Shown: positions 38,201 through 46,662 of the stretch, in pieces
How positions within the stretch are numbered: the first letter of the stretch is position 1
Layout of the letters: each line of letters opens with the position of its first letter
Assembly (NCBI GenBank): GCA_002499585.1
Contig: DAMH01000011.1
Location: 15,195-79,194 of the forward strand
DNA from: Euryarchaeota archaeon UBA552
Lineage (GTDB): Archaea; Thermoplasmatota; Poseidoniia; Poseidoniales; Thalassarchaeaceae
DNA length: 64,000 nt
Reading direction: 5' to 3'
Program-made: the position numbers and the translations under genes
The notes under the pieces: model-generated
What the model saw: only the letters and a program-made list of their open reading frames with translations
The model's database searches: none
What the model was told of the DNA's origin: nothing

Positions 38201-41200
38201 CGACTTCGGGGTGCTCATTCCAAATTACAGTTCAAACGGATCATGGTTGAGCCCCGATATACAACTAACCAATCACGATTCCTTCAACCTTGGTTTCCTC
38301 GACATCGATGCTGAAATCCCAGAGGGCACCCGGGTACTTGCTTCGATAATCGATGCAACAACCATGATACCGGTCGACGGGTATCAGATGAGGTCCCTCC
38401 CGCTCTCAATGGCAGGAATAAACCCTGTTTCCAGTCCCTCAGTGAATGTCCAGCTACATTTGGAGACCGTTAACTCCAGCCTCACTCCTGTCATTAAATC
38501 AGTTAGATTAGACGGATTCAGAACCCTTTCGGCAGATTCTGGCGAAGGGAACGGATGGGAGTTCAGTCCAAGCTTGGTCATAGAAAATGGGGAGATCGTA
38601 ACCACAGGGATAGCAGGTGGGATCGATTCTGACTTCGTTACATCATCACGGCCGATCAAAGCAGTAACAGTGAGTGGAGACTATTCCGGAGTCACGCTCA
38701 GTTTCAAGGACGCAAATGGGGCAAACCTCGGACCGCCATCAGTTACTGGGGGATTGGTAGAATTCCCCTGGTCCCAGCCCGGCTTCAGAGTCGATATCTC
38801 CCTATCCCCGACCGGATACATAAATCAACTCAACATCTCTGCGAAATTTACCGAGCCCGCTAAGTCCCCAAGTTTGGACCTTGGGTCGGATGGCACCGAT
38901 GACTGGTTATTCCCGTTCGGAACCTCTTACGGACATCTGGGCTGGCAGTCGATGATCGATTCTGGTACTAGCACTAGAAGCACAAGCCTGGTGCTCGACC
39001 CATCAAACCCATCCACAGTACCTGTTATCGTCCCAGCGGGGTCATCGACCGATCCAAACCTTGATTCGACATCTTGGGTCGTATCGGGTTATCTTGCTGT
39101 GTCTCCGGTGGGAGCAGATACCCTGTTGTCTCCAGTTACGCTATCAATTGGGAGTGCATCGGTCACCACCTCCGGAACCGACGAGGGCCCAAAATACCTA
39201 CACCTCACCGGGCAGATGATTTCTGAGATAAACGCAGTTCAGACTTCTATCGAAGATACGGTTGGTAACAGGAACTGGAAGCTACTCGGATTCGAGGTAT
39301 CATCGTCGACTCAACAGGAGATTTCCATTAGCACCCTTGGGCTATCTTACTACCTCCACGAGAACTTTTCGTCTCTACAGGATATTGTTACGGCGTCAAT
39401 GGCTGCAATCCAGTCTAATTCATCCGACACGAACATTCCGTTTTCTGTTTCCTCCGACGGTGGGATGATTTCAGTCGGCGGGGGCGCGTACTATGATTAC
39501 ATTACCACCAACTATCCATTTACGCCTCCCAACACATTTGTTCCGAGAGGCGATCATTACACGCTCTACACTGAGCACAGCCACCTCTATGATAACGGAT
39601 TGATCTCCTCAATCAGGCTTGTTGGAACCACGGAGGAAGGAGATACTGCCATTTTCACGGCGACTACCGAGGGAGGCGACTGGAGCGATTCCGCTTCGAC
39701 TACTTTCCAACAATCTGGAAACGGAATCCCCGGAATTAGTCTTGTCGAGATTGAATCAAGCGTGGATGTTGTAACGGACGAAAGTGGGTCGGAAAGATTG
39801 AGAGCAAACTGGTCAATAGCTTCAACATGGGGGCCCGATGACGTTTCAACAATATCCTGGTCATCAAGTGCCGTAGACACTGACGGCCAGACGAGATGGA
39901 GTGCAGATTCTTCAAGTGGAGTCGGAGGCAGGTCGGCATATGAAAACGATCTTGAAATAGAGTCATTTACCGTCAGGAACCATCTTGGGAATTTGGTTTC
40001 GGATCAGTTTTCATCCATGTACCCCTTCCCTGTCGACCCCGGTAACAACCTGTTCATAGAAGGCTCTGTCAGGTTCGAGGGCTCTCCCGATCTGAGGCCC
40101 GATTCATCTGACTTCCTAGTGAGTGTCAACCTGTCTGGAACCTCCGTTGCAATGACATCCGGGGAAGATGGAAGTTTTTACGGGGAGTTGACGATTCCAC
40201 TTGGAACTCCGACTATCTCGCTTTCCCCTGTGATAGATTCCATAGGTCCGAATAATCAGATTGTTGGAGCATACGATCTCACAATCGACCATCCTGTCAT
40301 CAATGCGATCGTGGATCAGGATCCGCCCATCGCAGGCCCTATTCAGGTCCTTACGCCCCTCGGCTTCCAAAATGCTGCAGGGAAGATAGTCGGCCCAGAT
40401 GCACCCCTCACGGTTTACGTCACAGTCTCAGACACGGACGCCAGAGATTCTGATGTGACGCTGCGATATTGGCGATCTGGAGTGGATGATGCGAATATGG
40501 ATGGCATCCCCAGCCAAGATGAATACGAATCCATTACCGCACCACTAGCAATTGGCTTCTCAGGCGAGGAGCAAAAGGACTTCACCGGGATAGACCTCTC
40601 TGGAGTACCCTTCAATAGTCCCGTTTACATGTACATAGAAGGAACTGACTGGTCAGGACGAAGTTACCAAAGTGGAGGCACCGGCGGTGGCCCGGGAGTC
40701 GATGAGGCCTGGGCGACTCTGCTTGTAGCAGAAAACGTGGAGACTCAGATACTTGGTTCTGGTTTCGCTCTTGACAGGGCCTCTGGCTACCTCATGCCGG
40801 GCATAGAACACACATTCACGATGGTCATCGACGAGCCAAATGGAATCAGGACTTTGGACGGCATAGATTTGATGCTGTGCGATGACGGGCCAACTGGCTT
40901 GGGCAAGATGCACTGGAACCCCGCCGAGCAAATCCTCACTTCCCCGGATGATTCGTACTTGACTCTGACCGGTGCCCGGGCGACTCCCGTGCAATCAGAC
41001 TCGATCCTTTCTGTTGAGATGGATTTCATACTTGATTGGGACTTCCCATGGACTCCTGGGGACGCCCTGTGCAGCCCAAGAGTAATCATTACAGACGATC
41101 TACAGGTTGCTGCACAATCATCTTTGTTGACAACATTGTCATGGGAGTTGGACAACCAGCTGGAGGCGATTCCAAACTCGGCTTCGGACCTCACTCTGCC

Positions 41201-42458
41201 GATAGGGGAGAGTGATTCAACGGGGATCTATCTCATGAAGGGCGACTCCTTCAGTGTTAACGGCACGGTTGTGCACGCAGGATCCGGCATCCCATTCGAC
41301 ATGGACGCTGGAAATACGATGGTAGACGTCTTCTTCGTCTATGGATCTGAGCGAGTCAGTTCTGTGGCCTCGATAGGCCCGGCAGGACACTGGGCCGTTG
41401 AACTTACGCTGCCCGACAGGCCACCAGTATACCCTGTAATGGAGATCGGAACAAGCGTGATCGATCCTCCGGGCGCTGGGGGTTCCCTTGGAAACAATGA
41501 TATCTCAATTACAGTAGACTCGGCTGCACCCACAATATTGTTCGATCAGACCGCATACCCAGACAGCTCACTTTCTGTGGAGGAGTCCGATGAATTGGAC
41601 CGTGTGAAAATAACCCTTCAAATCAATGACGCCGTAGGCATGCAGCAAGGCGACTTAGAGGTAGCATGGGTCTTCAAAAGAGGCGGTGATGTGATAAGTC
41701 AGGTTTCATTTGGATCGATTCCGCTAATTGCTGATCAACCACAGTTTGACATATATCAAGGCGAAGTCGACATGCACCAATCTCTAACCACCACGCTGAT
41801 AGATGGCGATTACGCAGAGTTTTGGGTCGTCTCCACTGACCGGGCTGGCAACCAAGTCAACGGACTAGGAAGCGAGTCTTTGCCCAAAAGGGTCGATGTG
41901 CGAATCATGGAATTCCTGCCGACGCTAACCAACGTTGTTTTCGACCCGACAGATAAACCACTGCCGGGGCAAAGAGTGACCGTTAAGACATTCTGGTCGA
42001 ACCTTGGCAAGAGGGATGGGACACTTTCCCTATCACTCTGGCAAAACAACGGCGGAGAGTCGTGGTCCCAATCCCCTCCGGCTGACGATATCGAAATCCT
42101 TCTGGCCGCGGGCTCTACTAGCGTAGTGGTGGATTTGATTTACGAACCAAGTCTTCCCGGCCCACAGGTCCTCTATGTCATAAATCAGGGAGATTTTCAA
42201 AATCTTGGATACCCTGTGGAGGGAATGATCGTCTCATCAGCCGACATAGACAGCGTTTCTGAAGGAGATTCTACATTGGCATACACCTTGATCGGAGCAG
42301 CCGCCTTGATAATAGTCGGAATAGGTGCATACATGGTCAAGACTGGATCTGGCAGAAGGGACGATGACTACTACGAAGATGAGGATTTTGAGTACGATGA
42401 CGACGAGGATTACGAGTACGATGAGGACGGGTATGACGACGAGGAACAAGACGATTAG
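35253..42458 (+). CDS. Giant surface protein (~2401 aa): signal peptide, degenerate ~42-aa GxGYT repeats, three MAM/LamG-like lectin modules, C-terminal TM and Tyr/Asp/Glu-rich tail
   Basis: The ORF as drawn starts at 35154 inside tRNA-Thr. The first sensible start is the ATG at 35253 (MSYAKARRAIIMTALMLLLPTTQA signal peptide). Repeats GGTGYGNGNLTATGGG, GGSGYTSGTVFNVECG, GSNYTTEHVLTLVNTG, GTDYTSPPSIVISGTG. Three modules end in GWYLDNISYQN, GLFITDVSLV and GFYLDDFGVL, the C-terminal strand signature of MAM/concanavalin-like domains. C-terminal TM LIGAAALIIVGIGAYMV, then RRDDDYYEDEDFEYDDDEDYEYDEDGYDDEEQDD. Confidence 0.7.
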   Translation: MSYAKARRAIIMTALMLLLPTTQANVADWRGPDVVKPGPDGSEFTAFRVPTNATIVDSWVEISNDDTAQSSADLLSWSIEDGLRSGIRSGTSFSSSGELILTDDFTVSIVDDFDEGNFTIEMPNGYYHSPGVLSVYNIQESTANPNCNNLSSITVSQGHDFDDDGYLDGQETTSSVEYCPSSGLDTSITSLNITAGGTGYGNGNLTATGGGGSGFAGTYISGREIASATLNAGGSGYTSGTVFNVECGRDCTGSGATVTATSVDANGAITGISLTNSGSNYTTEHVLTLVNTGASGRLADISVTLNSTGEIVSADITSLGTDYTSPPSIVISGTGSGAVITPGLGGFFNWLAEPHPDSATNASCPEGGHVIDLGQDLDNDNELDPTEITQNLTLCHNPDIDYWSSVLAESIDGDVYLDQKNLTHGVVPAKAAEGKVMAATLPGTAVPAGTDTSLFLPPMEVPADDLQIGYTLSFQHWYHVDSTSNGGGDGAWVEYRLMNGTWGNWSYIEPTGGYPSTLSPDGPSVDGQPAGNLPVFASETHSGWVSNDIDLTTIPQIQDSDEIQFRFRLWTHPSAQNLRPGWYLDNISYQNVGGTDGGWLHGCASPAGTTCLYSNYAYGALQTQFSTQGTNSASIVRVHLEYDLEGSSFDNFCVEMSSNNITWTDISSATSATTQNCEDRSGAIPGSTGDQSGGLIIQDYPLPSQFTNQANVHLRFIVDTDGSVGYGTPQDNFEGLFITDVSLVTPGTSVHWSDDLGSSTTFFHYAATPPSTSFGGPTDDWNHIQRFGGVIDQVLGFENSFATPPESEHASGWSHSGSTGGTTWEYGFPGSSLTLEEPNSFPYLYGTDLNGEYLDNWNGYLESPQYDIPTSGATLQFAKWACMDQFDSDGAVLQYKVNNGGWQYFQPSIPGWYDGVKTSWNNPFGTNEVWFNDDCGLDEMSFREAPLDQWGGETMTFRFWFQSDTCCQSSTWANDDFEGFYLDDFGVLIPNYSSNGSWLSPDIQLTNHDSFNLGFLDIDAEIPEGTRVLASIIDATTMIPVDGYQMRSLPLSMAGINPVSSPSVNVQLHLETVNSSLTPVIKSVRLDGFRTLSADSGEGNGWEFSPSLVIENGEIVTTGIAGGIDSDFVTSSRPIKAVTVSGDYSGVTLSFKDANGANLGPPSVTGGLVEFPWSQPGFRVDISLSPTGYINQLNISAKFTEPAKSPSLDLGSDGTDDWLFPFGTSYGHLGWQSMIDSGTSTRSTSLVLDPSNPSTVPVIVPAGSSTDPNLDSTSWVVSGYLAVSPVGADTLLSPVTLSIGSASVTTSGTDEGPKYLHLTGQMISEINAVQTSIEDTVGNRNWKLLGFEVSSSTQQEISISTLGLSYYLHENFSSLQDIVTASMAAIQSNSSDTNIPFSVSSDGGMISVGGGAYYDYITTNYPFTPPNTFVPRGDHYTLYTEHSHLYDNGLISSIRLVGTTEEGDTAIFTATTEGGDWSDSASTTFQQSGNGIPGISLVEIESSVDVVTDESGSERLRANWSIASTWGPDDVSTISWSSSAVDTDGQTRWSADSSSGVGGRSAYENDLEIESFTVRNHLGNLVSDQFSSMYPFPVDPGNNLFIEGSVRFEGSPDLRPDSSDFLVSVNLSGTSVAMTSGEDGSFYGELTIPLGTPTISLSPVIDSIGPNNQIVGAYDLTIDHPVINAIVDQDPPIAGPIQVLTPLGFQNAAGKIVGPDAPLTVYVTVSDTDARDSDVTLRYWRSGVDDANMDGIPSQDEYESITAPLAIGFSGEEQKDFTGIDLSGVPFNSPVYMYIEGTDWSGRSYQSGGTGGGPGVDEAWATLLVAENVETQILGSGFALDRASGYLMPGIEHTFTMVIDEPNGIRTLDGIDLMLCDDGPTGLGKMHWNPAEQILTSPDDSYLTLTGARATPVQSDSILSVEMDFILDWDFPWTPGDALCSPRVIITDDLQVAAQSSLLTTLSWELDNQLEAIPNSASDLTLPIGESDSTGIYLMKGDSFSVNGTVVHAGSGIPFDMDAGNTMVDVFFVYGSERVSSVASIGPAGHWAVELTLPDRPPVYPVMEIGTSVIDPPGAGGSLGNNDISITVDSAAPTILFDQTAYPDSSLSVEESDELDRVKITLQINDAVGMQQGDLEVAWVFKRGGDVISQVSFGSIPLIADQPQFDIYQGEVDMHQSLTTTLIDGDYAEFWVVSTDRAGNQVNGLGSESLPKRVDVRIMEFLPTLTNVVFDPTDKPLPGQRVTVKTFWSNLGKRDGTLSLSLWQNNGGESWSQSPPADDIEILLAAGSTSVVVDLIYEPSLPGPQVLYVINQGDFQNLGYPVEGMIVSSADIDSVSEGDSTLAYTLIGAAALIIVGIGAYMVKTGSGRRDDDYYEDEDFEYDDDEDYEYDEDGYDDEEQDD
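35830..36270 (+). repeat. Four degenerate ~126-bp coding repeats (GxGYT-type) in the N-terminal region of the 2434-aa protein
   Basis: Protein-level periodicity of ~42 aa with G-G-(S/T)-G-Y-(T/G) cores, rich in Gly, Ser and Thr. Confidence 0.4.
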
Positions 42459-42739
42459 ATGCATTCCCGGACACTACCGTAGGTAGACGAAAATCCAGCC
42501 CAAGACTTCGTTTGCGAGGGCTTGTTTATTACCTAGGACGTGACTATACCCGTTCGGAACGTCAACCGTTCTGGGTGGGATTTATGTGGACGAAGTAGTT
42601 GAACTAAGGAAGGAAATTGAAGACCTGAGGCAATTGGTGCACACTCTATTGACGGTAATAATGGAAGAGTCCGATGGGTCTGATCAGGCTCTGAGACCAG
42701 TTGGGGTGGAAGGCATACCCCCTGGTTATTCAATGTAGA

Positions 42740-43423
42740 CTAATAATTCACAGGCTCCGGGTCGATCGTTCTCCAGAGATACCACGTTGCAACCGTCCTG
42801 TATGGCCTCCAGGGCTCGGAAATGGAAATAACGTCCTCCAGCGGAAGCCGCTCACCCCCAGCATAGTTTTTCTCGACAGCTCGAAGGAGCCCCACGTCCC
42901 CTGTGGGGAAGATATCTGGTAAACCGAGTGAGAAAATGAGGGCCATGTCAACAGTCCATGGCCCAACACCTCTAATTTTCATCAGGGCATCTTTGACTTG
43001 CGGTTCATTCAGTGTTGACCAATCCACTTCCTTTAGCCCGCCGCACCACTCTTTCGCTATCCCGGTGATGTACTCTGACTTCCTCATTGAGAGGCCGCAA
43101 CCCCTCAAATCACCTATTTCGACTTGGAGGACTGATTGGGGCGTTACCTGTCCAAGTAGATCCGTCATTCTAGACCACACCGCATCGGCGGCTTGTACTG
43201 AAATCTGTTGGCCCACCACTGCCTTGATCAGTGTCCGGCCGACATTTCCGTTCGGTTTCAACCGCGGCTCACGATACTGGGTGATGATATCGCCCATTCT
43301 GGGGTCACTTGAGGATAGGTGTTCGATAGCATCGAGCCAGAATTCAGGTGAGCCCACATCGATCCGACAAGGTAGGGAGGTTTCAATATGGGGTATATTT
43401 CCCGTCGACCATGGACGCTGCAA
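42740..43423 (-). CDS. HhH-GPD superfamily DNA glycosylase (AlkA / 3-methyladenine DNA glycosylase II-like)
   Basis: LMKIRGVGPWTVDMALIFSLGLPDIFPTGDVGLLRAV is a helix-hairpin-helix followed by the conserved Asp, typical of AlkA/Ogg/Nth-type glycosylases. No Fe-S Cys cluster, which favours the AlkA type. Confidence 0.7.
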   Translation of the reverse strand: MQRPWSTGNIPHIETSLPCRIDVGSPEFWLDAIEHLSSSDPRMGDIITQYREPRLKPNGNVGRTLIKAVVGQQISVQAADAVWSRMTDLLGQVTPQSVLQVEIGDLRGCGLSMRKSEYITGIAKEWCGGLKEVDWSTLNEPQVKDALMKIRGVGPWTVDMALIFSLGLPDIFPTGDVGLLRAVEKNYAGGERLPLEDVISISEPWRPYRTVATWYLWRTIDPEPVNY

Positions 43424-43902
43424 GGGCTGCTATGATTGGAGGCGCCGCTTTCACTGTGATATTGGTGGGGGCTGTCATATGGGATGAAATTGCACCGCCT
43501 CCAACACCAGACAATGCGCAGGAAGTTGCAGACTTCTGTCTTGGGGACCACAGCAACATTGGAGTTCATTACCACCCTCTCATTGAAATCATCATAAATG
43601 GCCAAGAAGTGAGCATACCAGCAAATATCGGCATAAATCACGATGGATGCTCGATGAGGGGGGTCCACACACATGATTCTTCAGGCAAGATACATGTAGA
43701 GATGGACAAGAAATACAATGTTCCGGCCGAGTCCTTCTTCTTGATTTGGGGCGAAACTTTCAACGAGAATCAAATCCTAGACTATGTGGTGGACGATGAC
43801 CACGAAATAGTGGTCACACTAAACGGTGACAGTGTCGATACCTTTGAGGATACCGTCATGGAAGATTCAGAGGTTCTAAGGATAGAATACAAACCAAAGT
43901 GA
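43411..43902 (+). CDS. Hypothetical membrane-anchored exported protein with His-rich motifs
   Basis: The ORF as drawn starts at 43348, but the ATG at 43411 precedes a TM/signal anchor (MIGGAAFTVILVGAVIW). Conserved-looking HYHPLIEIIINGQ and GVHTHDSSGKIHVE suggest a metal-binding beta protein. No family assigned. Confidence 0.4.
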   Translation: MDAARAAMIGGAAFTVILVGAVIWDEIAPPPTPDNAQEVADFCLGDHSNIGVHYHPLIEIIINGQEVSIPANIGINHDGCSMRGVHTHDSSGKIHVEMDKKYNVPAESFFLIWGETFNENQILDYVVDDDHEIVVTLNGDSVDTFEDTVMEDSEVLRIEYKPK

Positions 43903-45375
43903 TTACCCCTTGACGACACCCAATGGCGTCAACCTGGCCACTGGTCTTGCCAGACCGGCTGAATTCGTGATTCGAACCACTTCATCGACGTCCTTGTAGG
44001 CTTCGGGTGCTTCTTCTGATATCAGTGACCTCGTTTTAGCCCTGACGACGACTCCCTTTCTCTCCAACTCGGCCAAGAGTGTTTCTGTGTCTATGCTTTT
44101 TCTCGCAGCTGTTCGTGAAAGCCTCCTACCTGCTCCGTGACAAGAGGATGAAAAGGCATCGTTCTCTCCTATTTTTGGTCCTGCAAGTACCCAAGACGCC
44201 CTGCCCATATCACCTGGGACCAGAACCGGCTGACCAACCCCTCTGAACCTCTCGTTCAAATCTGGGTTGCTTCCTGAAAATGCACGAGTAGCGCCCTTCC
44301 TGTGTACACAGCATTTACAACTCTCTCCATGAACTGTATGCGTCTCTACCTTGGCGATGTTGTGACTTACATCATAGGCTACACTGATATCCGCGTCGTT
44401 GGAGGAAATTGTCCGAAATGATTGCCTCACCCTCTCTGTGAGTGCAGACCGATTTGCAAATGCGAAGTTTCCTGCTGCCCTCATTGAATCAAGGTAGGCC
44501 TGACCTTCACGAGAGTGAATTGGTGCGCATGCCAACTGACGGTCGGCGATATCGAAACCCCACTTTTGTGAAACCCACCTACCTCCTATTTCGTGATATT
44601 CAGCTTCAATCGCCTTCACGTGATCGCTGCAGACCTGGTGACCAAGCCCCCTCGAACCGGTGTGAATCATAACCGTAAGTTCCCCTTCGTGCAGTCCAAA
44701 CTCCTTCGCCGCTGTCGTATCTACCACTTTGTCAACCATTTGCACTTCCAGAAAGTGATTTCCAGATCCTAATGTTCCGAGGGCCTTCTTTCCCCTCTTT
44801 TTCGCCCTATCGCTGAGGTCACGCTCTGCGGATTCCATTACACCTCCAGATTCTATGTTTTGAAGGTCTTCCTCGTACCCCAGCCCTAGATCTGTTGCGG
44901 CCTTTGCCCCGCGTGACAATATGTCATCTAGATTGGGGTCAGAGAGTGTGACCCCGCCTTTGGACGAGGCGCCCGCAGGGACCTCCCTCTGCAATTTGTC
45001 CATTATTTCCTTGATGTCTGAGTCTTCAGCCATTAGCCCCGTTGAAAGTAGCCTCACTCCGCAATTGATATCGAAGCCGACACCGCCGGGGGATATAGCA
45101 CCCCCTTGCTCACCGTATTCGACGGATGTCGCGACCACCCCCCCAATGGGGAATCCATATCCAAAATGCCAGTCTGCCATAGCCCATGCCTCTCCGACAA
45201 TGCCTGGTAACTCGGCCGTATTCACGAGCTGCTGCGGGGTCCTGTCGTCAAAATTACCCTGTAGCATATTTGGTTCAGCAACCATCATAGCGTCTGCTAA
45301 CATCCTTCCATGTTTCCTAATCCTCACTCTTCCGGGGCCCGCTACCTCTGTGTGGTCCGACCAAGAATCGCCCAT
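43903..45375 (-). CDS. rtcB: RNA-splicing ligase RtcB (tRNA-splicing ligase)
   Basis: Full-length RtcB hallmarks: DINCGVRLL, the metal-binding His and Cys residues, MIHTGSRGLGHQV and SSCHGAGR (GMP-His site). Length 490 aa. Confidence 0.9.
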   Translation of the reverse strand: MGDSWSDHTEVAGPGRVRIRKHGRMLADAMMVAEPNMLQGNFDDRTPQQLVNTAELPGIVGEAWAMADWHFGYGFPIGGVVATSVEYGEQGGAISPGGVGFDINCGVRLLSTGLMAEDSDIKEIMDKLQREVPAGASSKGGVTLSDPNLDDILSRGAKAATDLGLGYEEDLQNIESGGVMESAERDLSDRAKKRGKKALGTLGSGNHFLEVQMVDKVVDTTAAKEFGLHEGELTVMIHTGSRGLGHQVCSDHVKAIEAEYHEIGGRWVSQKWGFDIADRQLACAPIHSREGQAYLDSMRAAGNFAFANRSALTERVRQSFRTISSNDADISVAYDVSHNIAKVETHTVHGESCKCCVHRKGATRAFSGSNPDLNERFRGVGQPVLVPGDMGRASWVLAGPKIGENDAFSSSCHGAGRRLSRTAARKSIDTETLLAELERKGVVVRAKTRSLISEEAPEAYKDVDEVVRITNSAGLARPVARLTPLGVVKG

Positions 45376-45487
45376 GGACCGCCACAGTACTGAATCTTCA
45401 AGAAATAGTCGATCCGGATTAGTCGCAGAAGCTTGTTTTTACACACAGGCTGGGAACCACTAAGTCCTCCGGCCTCGACCAGGTGGC

Positions 45488-46636
45488 ATGCTTGGATTCA
45501 AGTTGTCAGAAGAACAGCAGATGCTTCGTGAACTTGCCAGGGACTTTGCAATGGAAAATGTTAGGCCCAAAGCAGAGAAATGGGATTTAGAAAGCCAATT
45601 TCCTCTTGATGCAATAAAAGAGGCTCACTCCCTCGGTTTGACCAATTTGCATATTCCAGAGAAGTACGGAGGCCCTGGGATGGGCGTTCTAGAGGAAGCC
45701 ATCGTTGGCGAAGAGATGTCTTGGGGAGACCCCGGTTTTGGGACGGCTCAGTATTCCAACGGCCTGACAGCCGCCCCAATTATTACTGGTGGCACAGAAT
45801 ATCAGAAAGAAAAATATCTGCGCATGCTCGCAGAAAAGCCACTAATAGCATCCTACTGCGTAACCGAACCAGGTGCGGGGAGCGACGTCTCAGCAATCAA
45901 GACAACGGCTGTGTTGGAAGGTGACTACTACATTCTGAATGGCAGCAAGATGTGGATAACAGGCGCGGGGCAGGCGGAATGGTTCTTCGTGCTAGCATAC
46001 ACAGACCAGACCAAGGGCTACAAGGGCATGAGTGCATTCATTGTCGAGTCTGGATGGGATGGAGTTGAATTGGGAAAGAAGGAAACCAACATGGGTCAAA
46101 GGGCATCCGACACTCGAGGCGTGACTTTCACAGATGTGAGCGTGCCCAAAGAGAACCTCGTCGGAGGTGTTGAGGGAATGGGGTGGATGAACGCAATGAA
46201 GGCCTTTGATTACTCAAGACCAGTCGTCGCAGCTCAGGCAGTGGGCATATCCAGGGCCGCCTACGAACACGCCCTTCACTATTCAAACGAGCGCCAGTCC
46301 TTCGGCAAGAAGCTCCATGAACATCAGTCGATACAGTTCATTCTCGCCGACATGAAAACCAAGATAGAAGCCAGCCGTTTACTATGCTGGAAGTCGGCAT
46401 GGGAGGCAGATAACGGTATAAGGAACACAGAAAGTGCTGCTCACGCGAAGCGCTTCTCCGCAGATGCCTGCATGGAAATAACCACGGACGCAGTACAGGT
46501 TTTCGGCGGCTACGGGTACTCAGAGGAGTACCCCGTTGCCAGGTTAATGAGAGGTGCTAAAGTTCTTCAGATATACGAGGGAAGCAGTCAAGTTCAGCGA
46601 ATGATCATCGGAAGAGAGATGCTCAAAGGCTTGTAG
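45488..46636 (+). CDS. Acyl-CoA dehydrogenase
   Basis: CVTEPGAGSDV, the FAD/substrate motifs, and C-terminal QVFGGYGYSEEYPVARLMRGAKVLQIYEGSSQVQR (the catalytic Glu is in the YEG motif). Confidence 0.85.
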   Translation: MLGFKLSEEQQMLRELARDFAMENVRPKAEKWDLESQFPLDAIKEAHSLGLTNLHIPEKYGGPGMGVLEEAIVGEEMSWGDPGFGTAQYSNGLTAAPIITGGTEYQKEKYLRMLAEKPLIASYCVTEPGAGSDVSAIKTTAVLEGDYYILNGSKMWITGAGQAEWFFVLAYTDQTKGYKGMSAFIVESGWDGVELGKKETNMGQRASDTRGVTFTDVSVPKENLVGGVEGMGWMNAMKAFDYSRPVVAAQAVGISRAAYEHALHYSNERQSFGKKLHEHQSIQFILADMKTKIEASRLLCWKSAWEADNGIRNTESAAHAKRFSADACMEITTDAVQVFGGYGYSEEYPVARLMRGAKVLQIYEGSSQVQRMIIGREMLKGL

Positions 46637-46662
46637 ATCCGGATTTTCCACAACGCTTTGAA

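Noticed and set aside
42533-42733. 66-aa minus-strand ORF in the gap between the 2434-aa gene and the glycosylase gene
   Set aside because: It has no motifs and overlaps a plus-strand candidate small ORF. It has no start or stop context suggesting a real gene.
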